Shown piece by piece: positions 24,730-36,305 of a DNA stretch of 64,000 nt (positions are counted from its first letter, which is position 1; each line of letters begins with the position of its first letter). Under the pieces are notes generated by a model. It was not told the origin of the DNA. It did no database searches and saw only the letters and a list, made by a program, of their open reading frames with translations. Source of the stretch: Pristiophorus japonicus (Eukaryota); assembly GCF_044704955.1 (NCBI RefSeq), contig NC_091997.1, positions 42,284,001-42,348,000 of the forward strand, given 5' to 3'. The position numbers and the translations under genes are program-made.

Positions 24730-24885
24730 AAGCGGTAAACCAGACTCCCCACCCACCCTTTCCTTCAACGACTGTTTGTCCCACTTGTGACAGAGACTGT
24801 TATTCCTGTATTGGACTGTTCAGTCACCTATGAAATCACTTTTAGAGTCTTCCTCGATTTCGAGGGACTGCATATGATGGTGATA
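24730..24885 (+). mobile_element. RTE LINE 3' tail (repeated in later units)
   Basis: CTGTCCCAC.TGTGACAGAGACTGT...TCTTCCTCGATTTCGAGGGACTGCATATGATGGTGAT resembles, in the opposite orientation, the RTE tail at about 15480-15600. Confidence 0.55.
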
Positions 24886-25785
24886 ATCTAGTTTGGTGGT
24901 GCTGCCTGAGGGATTGATGTTGGCCAGCACACTTCGAATGTTCCCTGCTTTTCTTTATAAAGTGCCTTTGGAAATTTTACACGGGCGCATGAGGCCTTGG
25001 TTTAAGATCCCAGTTTCATGGTGGAAAAGTAACCATATCCTCCTCTCTGTGAGACATGCACAAATGTTTTTATTTATAAACTGCACCAGCTAAGAAAAGC
25101 AGTATTGATCTACCAGGAGCTAAATTAAGCCCACTTCAATTTCTCCCAGTGGATATTACAAACTTCTATCCAAGTCGTTTAGGACACCTAGCACCAGCAC
25201 TGCCACTCGCCACAAGGCAACCTCCGAAGCAATGCGAGTAACAGCTTGGGAAATCTGCGAGTTGTCATTAAGTTACTCTGAAAACCAGTACTATTCTGCC
25301 TGGGACTTGTTCACATTCACAAACCAGATTCAAACACAGACATCCAGATATATGTTCATACAATTCATTGTAGAAATGAATAAAACTTAATAAGGCAGAG
25401 AGAAGATGCAAAAATAATTTATTGAAACATTGAAAAATTGGATTTATAAAAAGCCTTTCGATCAAAGGTCTGGTCAAGTTATAAATATGATTCAAAAAAT
25501 ATGAAAAAATAAATAACATGTTCTTGTAATTTACTTTCCTCACTGTGCAAAATGTTAACGCGGTATTGCAAAAATATATGAATATAGTAAATTAAAATAA
25601 TTTAACATCATTGAACATGGTAATTTCATGATTCTTTCACATTATCTCTGGCAATGAGAGTTGCTGTAACATTGTCGATGTTTTAAATAGCAATAACACT
25701 GGAATTGTAAAAATATCTGAATAACTGCATCAATATCTCCCAGTAATGAGAAAATATTCTGTTTAAAATGTTCGCTGCGTGACCT

Positions 25786-26852
25786 TCAGTTGCTTTTGTT
25801 GATTTTTGTTATTATGGTCTGGATCTGCTGTAAACGGGCCTTGGTCTGAGAGCAGACGATTTTCCAGGCACAGTCACCGAATCTCTAAAAGACAGCAATA
25901 TTGAAATGTATTACCGGGAATATACTGGGATAAAAAGCAACAATCTATATTGTAAACTCATGCTACAGTTTTTACGGAAGGATAAGGATTACTTTGGTCC
26001 CGGGGAGCGTTGGGACATGGCAAATCTCTTCGTGCCGAATTCCTCTGACTGATGTTACAGTGAAATGATTGATATTTTCGAACAGATTTCACCGGAAATT
26101 CGCACCAGAGGAAATCTTCACAAATACACCGATAGTGTCTGCATGTAGGGCCTGGAGTCATTGGAAATTTAGAGGTTGAGGGCTGTATATTTGGGATACC
26201 CACATGGTGCTTTACTCGGGATAAAACACTCAAATATTAATTCCCATACCTCCAGTTCTAAAAACTCCCTCAGCTTCCCGAAGTATTCCTGAATTTCCTC
26301 GCTGTTGGAGTGTGACAAAGGTTCCCTGACACATCCTCTCAGATCCTCCAGCTGCTGAATCAGTAGAACCCGAAACCCTTCCAGCAGCGCAGCGTCCCAG
26401 GGCGCGGTGCTCAGATTCTGGGTGAAGGTCTTGTTGATTTGATCCAAAGTTTGATGGTAAAACCGGATCTTGTCCTCGGCCTATAAAATACACAGCGTTA
26501 CTTCACGGGAAAACTCGGCGCTACTCAAAAGGTTAAAGGACCACATAGAATATTATTTATACAATTAAAAGACTGATCAATATGTCAGGCACCGCTACAA
26601 CAGAAATACATTTTCAACTGGATGCTTACATTTAAGGTGTTTGAAAGTGTGATCAGATCGAAGGGTTGGGTGTGCAGTGCCACTCTCCTTGTCACACAGT
26701 GCCGGGGCAGTCGACCTCCCTGGAACACAGGAGAATTCCGCTTAATACAATTGGCCACACACACAAATCCTGGAGATGCGAGAGATGGCGATCAGTTCAA
26801 ACTCAACATTTCAATCAGTTTGCCCAGAGTCTTTGTGTTGTGAATGCGCAGC
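25786..26852 (-). pseudogene. IFN1: Type I IFN pseudogene, copy 3 (5' deletion)
   Basis: Exons 2-4 are intact (26630-26719, 26250-26480, 25786-25884). The exon-1 donor is GT>TT, and exon 1 is cut at about 26852 by a ~790-nt deletion removing the ATG, signal peptide and proximal promoter. Confidence 0.88.
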
Positions 26853-27337
26853 GTCCCAGATCTGGCCGGCGGGCCGGAGCTCCATTATTCCGTCGCTCTT
26901 TCGCTTTCCCTTTTTTTGCGGAAAGATGAATCCCGCCCTTCAGCCTCCGCTCTTTAATCTTAAGGACTGGAGCCTGGTCCCTGATTGGTAGATTCAGGGA
27001 AGCCTCAATTATGTATTAAGCCCACCCTTTTCTCCTGATTCACTGGGGCACAGAGCCGAAGTGTTGCTCTATTGAAAAGGCTGAAGAGAACTGTGCAGAC
27101 GGAACGTGAACGTGTCTGATCTGTGATGCTGAGCGACCTGCTGAGCAAGTTCCCAGAGTTTTCTTCTTTAACTTCCCGCTGCTCTCTAAGGCTGAATTGC
27201 TTTGAACGCGAGTAGTTGAGGCAGAGACCATTCCATCTCTTGAAACAAAGCACAGGAAGGAGCAATAGAGTCAGGCAGCATTTCAGCGGGATGCTTACCA
27301 GATACTCCTCCCCCACCCACCCCGGTGTTGGATGAAC

Positions 27338-27455
27338 ATTGGCTTTCCGATGGCTGGATACTGGATTTTGTTGGTGATGTTGCCGGGGACCTGAGCCAGG
27401 ACTGCCAGTGGCTGCAGTACAGCAAGTTTTTAAAGGAATTCTCAAGAGTGAAATG
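27338..27455 (+). pseudogene. Decayed plus-strand IFN exon 1 (unit 3)
   Basis: Same remnant as 20013-20131 (LSQDCQWLQ..GAAATG|GTGAGT). Confidence 0.7.
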
Positions 27456-27489
27456 GTGAGTTTAAAGAGAGAACATTTTTTAAATGGTG

Positions 27490-29090
27490 AGAAACTATGA
27501 AATGTTGGTTTTCAGAGAGAAGTGTGTGTCCTCGTGCAAGAAACACAGACAGCTGGCATTCAGATATAGCAAGCAATAATATGTTTTCCTTGATTGCAAG
27601 GGGTTTCGTTCATAAGAGTAGGGAAGACTTGCTGCAATTGTATAGGGGCTTGGTGAGACTATACCTGGAATACTGTGCACAGTTTTGGACTCCTTATCTA
27701 AGGAAGGATATTGAAGGCAGCACAACAAAGGTTGACTGGATTGATACCTCAGATGAGAAGCTGTCCTATGAGGATAGATTGTGTAGATTGGACCTATACA
27801 TTCTGGAGTTGAGAAGAATGATGGGTGCGGAGGGTGGGGGGGGGGGGGGGGTGGCGTGGAGGAGTGGAATTGCGGTCAGAGGCTTCCTTCGAACGCAAGC
27901 ATCCGACATCAAAAAAGTCCATGAAAGTACCTGGTGGTCTCAGAGGAACGCAGGATCCAATCGGTGACCTGCCGGCCTGGACCACCAATCACTATGTAGT
28001 ATTCTTATTGATAAAAATTGGTACTCGGTTTGTACGGGTTCCCATTGCTATCAATGAGAATATCCTCCTAAAACACCGAAACACAAAATAAAAAATAAAA
28101 CACCTCACATATTTAAAATTAATAACAATTAAATGTAATTAAATGTTTTAGAAAAAACAATATTTTTGGAATTTTTGAAGTGTGTTTTAATAGGGTTGAA
28201 AATAAACTTATCTTAATAGACAGGGGATTTTAATTTAAAATGAGGGATAAATAAGCATATTCAGGGCTGTGTAAACAGATTTTTGGACTCTAGGGGATTC
28301 AAGGGTTTTGGAGATCTGGCGGGAAAATGGAGTTGAGGTCAATGAATGACGGCCTACTCCTGCTCTTAATTCTTATGTACTTGTGCTCTTATCTGGGGAT
28401 TAGACTAACCTATCTTAACCAGTGGTTTCTGTCGACAATTTTTATATGTTTTAAAACTCTTCGACTGGTAAAAGTAAGCTATGTGCCTGTTTTTAGCAGG
28501 CGTAAAACTTTGAAGGACATCCGCTGGGCATGAGTTGGACAAATAGCCCAATCTCTCCCGCGTGGATGTCCTGCAACTGGGGATGCGATGGATCTGTATG
28601 GAGAAATCTGGATAGATTGTAAAAGATGGATTTTGGCACATGCGCATCGCTCGCCGGAAAGTGGCTTTTGTGGGGCCTCACTTACTCCATGCGCACTTTG
28701 TATGGACCCGATGAGACTGCACCTTTCGGCCCTGAGTTGTGATCTCATTGAAACATACAAGGTTCTGAAGGGGATTGATGGGGTAGATACTGAGAGGTCG
28801 GTACCCCTGCCTGGGACATCTAGAACTTGGGTGCGCCATCTCAGGATAAGGGGAAGGCCATTTAAGACCAAGACAAGGAGAAATTTCTTCACTCAGGGAG
28901 TTGTGAGTCTTTGCAATTCTCTACCCAGAGGGCTGTGGATGCTCAGTTTTTGAGTATATTCAAGGCTGTGTAAATAGATTTTTGGACTCTAGCGGATTCA
29001 AGGGTTCTGGAGATCGGGCGGGAAAATGGAGTTGAGGTCAATGAATGGCGGCCTACTCTTGCTCTTAATTCTTATGTACTTGTGCGCTTA
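27490..29090 (+). mobile_element. CR1 3' fragment with nested MITE (27823-28732)
   Basis: CR1 ORF2 C-terminal motifs split by a MITE of the 4752-5504 family. Confidence 0.75.
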
Positions 29091-32000
29091 TATGGGGATT
29101 AGAGTAACCAATCTTAACTACTAGTTTCTGGGGATAATCTCCTGTCTGGGAACGGCTGAGGTTGAATAGGTTTTATTACAAACTGCATCGACCGATGTGG
29201 GATAATTACTTGGTGGAATTCAAATTGAAGTATTAAAATAATGAAGAAATTATGAAGAAACTGGGAACCAAAATCAAAAGGCCATTTGGTAAGATGAGAA
29301 TAATACTGACTAACATCATTCTGGGAGAGGATCACCGATGTCATATTTTGGCAGGCCTGAAATTCAATGATCTTGTAAAGCATTGATACCAATGTCAATG
29401 AGAAGAGGTTTGAGCATCAATGCTAAATTTGTGCAATGTCATTCTGGTGTCGAGGTCGGAACAGACTCTGAAGCTAACTAGCCGGAATGCAGGATTGTGG
29501 AATTACATGGAATTGCACAGAATTTCGAGCACAGCAACTGCTTTATGCTGGTGTTTATGTTCCATCAAACGCTGTCTGCATAGCCAGCTATTCCTGCCTT
29601 CATCATGTGATTATGTAGCTGTCCCTTAAAAGCATCGATTCTATTTGACCTAACTTCTCGACGTTGGAGCATGTTCTACATTTTAACCACTCTCTGAGTA
29701 AAAACGAATGGCTTATTGATTTAAGGGAAAGATTAGTAGTCTCCTGGATTCCAGTCGCCAAAGCAGTTTGTCTCTTTGCTTCTTCTGATGCACAGACTGC
29801 TGAGACTCTGGCAGTTAGTCATACCATGTATTCGCCATTCAGATCTCCTTGAAAGGCATCAAGGGTTATGGGGAAAAAGATTGAATATGGTGTTGAGATA
29901 GAGGATCAGCCATGAACATATTGAATGGCGGTGCAGATTCGAAGGACCCAATGGCCTACTACAGCTCCTATTTTCTATGATTCTATATTTCCAAAGCATC
30001 ATTCACTTTTAGGGGAATGTTCGTAAAATATCTGGTGACAATGTATTCTTCCATTGTAGAGGGAGGGTTTTACCATTGGTAATTCAGCTCAGCGCTCTTT
30101 ACATTGATGTACAATATCTATACAGAAAATGGCGCTAAAAGATTTTGTGAAACACAATTATATTCTGATAATTATCTACCACAAAGTTTACATTTCCACT
30201 GATGGCTTAAGAATAATCAAAGTGTATGACTGGAATTTGCATTAAGTTATCGAATTTCATTCCAGTGCTACATTGCTTTGGTTAAAGAAAGACTTTATAT
30301 CGTGCCTTTTATGACCACCGGACATCGCAAAACGGGAGTACGTTTGGAGTGGAGTCACTATTGCAATATTAACTGGCTGCTTGGTGCATATACAACTATG
30401 TAAAGCTGATGTAATGATTAAACATCTTTGCTTCGGACCTTCTTTGCCACAGGATATAATAAGGGACGTGGAAATGGATGATTGCAGAAGCTCTTGAAGA
30501 GCCATAAACCGGTTGCTCTCCAAAGTGGAGATGAACTGGAACTTGCAGTGGGAACTCCAATATGACCACGAACTAAATCAATATCAAATCTGTAATTTAC
30601 ATACTATTATATATAGAGTCAATAAAAAAATTTGAACTTCACCACATTATTCGCATTTGTCTCATTTTCTTGTCCATATTGGAGATCCCACTGCAAGCTC
30701 CAGTTCATCCCCACTTTGACAGAGCAATCGGGGTATGGGTGTTGAAGAGCTTTTGTCACCATCCATCACCACGTGACCTTATTATATTCTATGGCAAAGC
30801 AGGACTGAAGCAAATGAGTTTCATCTTTACATCAGCTTTACATTTCTTGATGTTCACTATAAAATCACACCATGAACAGTTGGGACCACTGCATATCTAA
30901 TATTGTTGGCATTGAACTGTTTTTTTTTCTAATTTCATTGATTTTAAATACTAAAATCATTGAAGAAAGAATAGGAAATGTAAGACAAAATATAAATATT
31001 CGAAACAAACTTTCGTTAAAAGAAGGAAATATGTCATGCTTCATGTGCTTTACGTTATGTAAATCTTATCTGATAAATGTATATTTCTATGCTAAACATC
31101 TATGCCCTTTTGTTGAAGTGATGTTATAGATGATAATGATGGGCTCTCTTTGGTTGACGAAAATATCTATTTTGACCTTATCTAGCAGATTTCTGCAAAG
31201 GAGAGATGGAGGAAGCGAGGATGGAAAATTTGTGCATAGTTTTAAAGCAGGTGAAAGACATTTGTAGCTAAATGTGACTGTACATTAAGCACAAAGCAAG
31301 CTTCTTCAAATAACTATGGGGATGAATGAGCAGTTAATTGTGTTTCAAAGCAGTAAACCAGACGCCCCACCCATCCTTTCCTTCATGACTGTCTGTCCCA
31401 TTTGTGACAGAGACTGTAATCCCCATATTGGACTGTTCAGTCATCTAAGAACTAACTTTTAGAGTGGAAGCAAGTCTTCCTCGATTTCCAGGGACTGCAT
31501 ATGATAATGGTAATCTAGTTTGGTGGTGCTGGCTGAGGTAGGTATATTGGCCAGCACACTTCGAGTGTTCCCTGCTTTTCTTTTGTAAAGTGCCTTTGGA
31601 ATTTTTACACGAGCGGATGAGGCCTTGGTTTAAGCTTCCAGTTTCAGGGTGGGAAAGTAACCATTTCCTCCTCTCTGTGAGACATGCACAAATGATTTTA
31701 TTTGATATAGCTGCACCAGCTAAGAAAAAGAGTATTGTTCTATCGGGAGCCTAACTAAGTCCACTTCATTTTCTCCCAGTGGATATTGCAAACTTCTATC
31801 CAAGTCGTTTAGGTCGAAATAGACACCTAGCACCAGCACTGCCACTCGCCACAAGGCGACCTCCGAAGCAATGCAATCAGCAGCTTGGGAAATCTACTAG
31901 TTGTCTTTAAGTTTCTCTGAAAACCAGTACTATTCTGCCTGGGACTTGCTCACATTCACTAACCAGATCCAAACACAGACATCCAGATATATGATCATAC

Positions 32001-32421
32001 AGTCCATTGTAGCAATGAATAACACTTAATGAGGCAGAGAGAAGGTGCAAAAATAATTTATTGTAACATTGAAAAAATGAATTTATAAAAAACCTTTCGA
32101 ACAAGGATCTAGTCAACTTATAAATATGATTCAATAAATATAAAAAAAATAACATGTTCTTGTAATTTACTTTCCTCACGGTGCAAAATCTTAACGCGGT
32201 ATCGCAAAAATATATGAATATAATAACTAAAAATAATTTAACATCTTATTACATGATAATTTCATGATTCCTTCACATTAGCTCTTGAAATGAGAGTTGC
32301 TGTAACATTGTCGATGTTTTAAATAGCAATAACATTGGAATTGTAAAAATATTTGAATAAATACATCAATATCTCCCAGTAATGAGAAAATATTCTGTTT
32401 AAAATGTTCACTGCGTGACCT

Positions 32422-33584
32422 TCAGTTGCTTTTGCTGATTTTTGCTATTATGGTCTGAATCTGCTGTAAACGGGCCTTGGTCTGAGAGCAGACGATTTTC
32501 CAGGCACACTCGCCGAATCTCTGTAAAAGGCAGAAATATTGAAATGTATTACCGGGAATATACTGGGAGAAAAAGCAACAATCTATATTGCAAACTCATA
32601 GTACAGTTTTTACGGAAGGATAAGGATTACTTTGGTCCCGGGGAGCATTGGGACATGGCAAATCTCTTCATGCCGAATTCCTCTGACTGATGTTGCAGTG
32701 AAATGATTAATATTTCCAACAGATTTCACCGGAAATTCGCACCAGAGGAAATCTTCACAAATACACCGTTAGTGTCTCCTTGTAGGGCCTGGAGTCATCG
32801 GCAATTTACAGATTGAGGGATGTATATTTGGGATACCCACATGGTGCTTCACTCGGGATAAAACATTCAAATATTCATTCCCATACCTCCAGTTCTAAAA
32901 ACTCCCTCAACTTCCCGAAGTATTCCTGAATTTCCTCGCTGTTGGAGTATGACAGAGGTTCCCTGACACATCCTCTCAGATCCTCCAGCTGCTGAATCAG
33001 TAGAATACGAAACCCTTCCAGCAGCGCAGCGTCCCAGGGCGCGGTGCTCAGATTCTGGGTGAAGGTCTTGTTGATTTGATCCAAAGTTTGATGGATAACC
33101 CGGATCTTGTCCTCGGCCTATAAAATACATAGCGTTACTTCACGGGAAAGCTCGGTGTTACTCAAAAGGTTACTTGACAATATAGAATATTGCGGTCTGT
33201 CCAAATATTATTTATACAATTAAAAGACTGGTCAATAAGTCAGGCACTGCTACAACAGAAATACATTCTGAACTGGATACTTACATTTAAGTTGTTTGAA
33301 AGTGTGATCAGATCGAGGGGTTGGGTCTGCAGTGCCACTCTCCTTGTCACACAGTGCCGGGGCAGTCTACCTCCCTGGAACACAGGAGAATTCCGCTTAA
33401 TACAATTGGCCACACACACAAACTCTGGAGATGGGAGAGATGGCGATCAGTTCAAACTCACCATTTCAATCAGTTTGCCCAGAGTCTTTGTGTTGTGAAT
33501 GCGCAGCCTCTCACAGCCCAGACTCATGGTCCCGGCCAACCAGGCCAACATAATCCAACATCTCCAAGCACACGAGAGCGCCAT
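32422..33584 (-). CDS. IFN1: Type I interferon precursor, copy 4 (intact, 180 aa)
   Basis: Exons 33462-33584, 33285-33374, 32887-33117, 32422-32520; GT-AG, phase 0; ends RFGECAWKIVCSQTKARLQQIQTIIAKISKSN*. Confidence 0.92.
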
Positions 33585-34777
33585 GTTCCAGCACACAGGG
33601 TGAAGCACCGAGCTGGAATTGCAGAGGGATAAAATCATTAGCGATCAGCATCCGACAAAAGTCATTTTAATGTGGGTTAGTAAGTGAACAAACTCGGCAG
33701 TGTCTTACCTGTTTAAGGTGAATCCTCTGACAGAGACAAGTGTCAATTGTTGTCAGCCTCAGGAGTGAAGTATCAGAGTAAGACCATGCCGAATATAAAT
33801 GATCTGCTGTTTGCATCACAAAAGTGAAAAGGCAGGTTGGTACCCACAGGGAGATTTTCTGCCCACATTCGATTTTCAGATGCGAGGAATTCACCGTATA
33901 AAACAATCCCCAAGAAAAACTGTAAAAGCGGCTCCGATTTCGTCTTCAGTCTTTAGGCAGTCTTAGCAGTACCTCGGACTGGAGGATGTGGTTGTAGCCG
34001 CACTCGCGAACTGCCCTGCTCTGAATTGAGGAAATACCAAAACCCTGTTAAATCCGAAATGAAAGCTACACTGCACTGGGACAATCGGAGCATTTCTAAC
34101 TGTTGTATTGACCAATGAATCCCCCAAAATCAGATTGTTCCAACTTTTTGAGAAACCGTCGGTGACCTGACGAGTAAAGCATCAGCTGTTTGCAATATTT
34201 AACAAATGAACGTCCCCTCCCTCTATGGGTGATCGTTATTCCCTGAGTTATATCCTTCAATTTCCCGAGTTGGGTCTCCCAATATTTTCCTCCTGGGGAC
34301 GTCCCAGATCTGGCCGGCGGGCCGGAGCTCCATTATTCCGTCTCCCTTTCCCTTTCCCTTTTTTTGCGGAAAGATGAATCCCGCCCTTCAGCCTCCGCTC
34401 TTTAACCTTAAGGACTGGAGCCTGGTCCCTGTTTGGTAGATTGAGGGAAGCCTCAATTATGTTTTAAGCCCACCCTTTTCTCCTGATTCACTGGGGCACA
34501 GGGCAGCAGTGTTGCTCTATTGAAAAGTCTGAAGAAGACTTCGCAGACGCAACGTGAACTTGTCTGATGCTGAGCGACCTGCTGAGCACGTTCCCAGAGT
34601 TTTCTTTAACTTCCCGCTGCTCTCTAAGGCTGAATTGCTTTGAACGCGTGTAGTTGAGGCAGAGACCATTCCATCTCTTGAAACAAAGCACAGGAAGGAG
34701 CAATAGAGAGTCAGGCAGCATTTCAGCGGGATGCTTACCAGATACTCCTCCCCCACCCACCCCGGTGTTGGATGAAC

Positions 34778-34895
34778 ATTGGTTTTCCGATGGCTGGAGA
34801 CTGGATTTTGTTGGTGATGTTGCCCGGGACATGAGCCAGGACTGCCAGTGGCTGCAGTACAGCAAGTTTTTAAAGGAATTCTCAAGAGTGAAATG
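34778..34895 (+). pseudogene. Decayed plus-strand IFN exon 1 (unit 4)
   Basis: MSQDCQWLQ..GAAATG|GTGAGT remnant. Confidence 0.7.
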
Positions 34896-34929
34896 GTGAG
34901 TTTAAAGAGAGAACATTTTTTAAATGGTG

Positions 34930-36305
34930 AGAAACTATGAAATGTTGGTTTTCAGAGAGATGTGTGTGTCCTCGTGCAACAAACACAGACAGCTGGCATT
35001 CAGATACAGCAAGCAATAATATGTTTTCCTTGATTGCAAGGGGTTTCGTTCATAAGAGTAAGGAAGACTTGCTGCAATTGTATAGGGCCTTGGTGAGACC
35101 ATACCTGGAATACTGTGCACAGTTTTGGTCTCCTTATCTAAGGAAGGAGATTGAAGGCAGCACAACAAAGGTTGACTGGATTGATTCCTCAGATGAGAAG
35201 CTGTCCTATGAGGATAGATTGCGTAGATTGGACCTATACTCTCTAGAGTTTAGAAGAATGAGGGGTGCGGGGGGCGTGGGGGGCGGAATTGCGGTCAGAG
35301 GCTTCCTTCGAACGCAAGCATCCGACATCAAAAAAGTCTACGAAAGTACCTGGTGGTCTCAGAGGAACGTAGGATCCAAGCGGTGGCCTGCCGGCCTGGA
35401 CCACCAATCACTGTGTAGTATTCTTATTGATAAAAATTGGTACTCGGTTTGTACGAGTTCCCATGACTATCAATGAGAATACCCTCCTAAAACACCGAAA
35501 CACAACATAAAAATAAAACACCTCACATATTTAAAATTAATTAAAATTAAATGTAATTAAATGTTTTAGAAAAAAATATATTTTTTGAAAAGTTTAAAAT
35601 GTGATTTAATAGGGTTGAAAATAAACTTACCTTAATAGACAGGGGGTTTTAATTTAAAAATGAGTGATTACATTTAATTTTTATATGTTTTAAAACTCTT
35701 TTATTGGTAAAAGTAAGCTATGTACCTGTTTTTCGCAGGCGTAAAACTTTGAAGGACATCCGCTGGGCATGAGTTGGACAAATAGCCCAATCTCTCCCGC
35801 GTGGATGTCCTTCTACTGGGGATGCGACGGATCTGTATGGAGAAACCTGGATCGATTGTAAAAGACGGATTTCGGCACATGCGCATCGCAACCCGGAAAG
35901 TGGCTTTTATGGGCCCTCACTGGGTCCATGCGCATTTTGTATGGACCCGATGAGATGACACCTTTCGGCCCTGAGTTGTGATCTCATTGAAACATACAAG
36001 GTTCTGAAGGGGATTGATGGGGTGGATACTGAGAGGTTGCTACCCCTGGCTGAGACATCTAGAACTTGAGTGTGCCGTCTCAGGATAAGCGGAAGGCCAT
36101 TTAAGACCAAGACGAGGAGCAATTTCTTCACTCAGGGAGTTGTGAGTCTTTGCAATTCTCTGCCCCAGAGTGCTGTGGATGCTCAGTCTTTGAGTATGTT
36201 CAAGGCTGTGTAAACAGATTTTTGGACTCTCGGGGATTCAAGGGTTCTGGAGATTGGGCGGGAAAATGGAGTTGAGGTCAATGAATGGCGGCCTACTCCT
36301 GCTCT
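34930..36305 (+). mobile_element. CR1 3' fragment with nested MITE (35263-35971)
   Basis: LLQLYRALVRPYLEYCAQFWSPYLRK motif; the MITE is flanked by TGAG on both sides. Confidence 0.75.

Noticed and set aside
32875-33084. ORF MDQINKTF... as a standalone intronless gene
   Set aside because: It is IFN exon 3 read from a TTG codon and running through the GT donor into the intron.
33321-33632. Repeated plus-strand 103-aa ORF (MGLQCHSPCHTV...) and similar recurring ORFs
   Set aside because: They are antisense shadows of IFN exons 1-2 or non-ATG starts. They recur only because the whole unit is duplicated.
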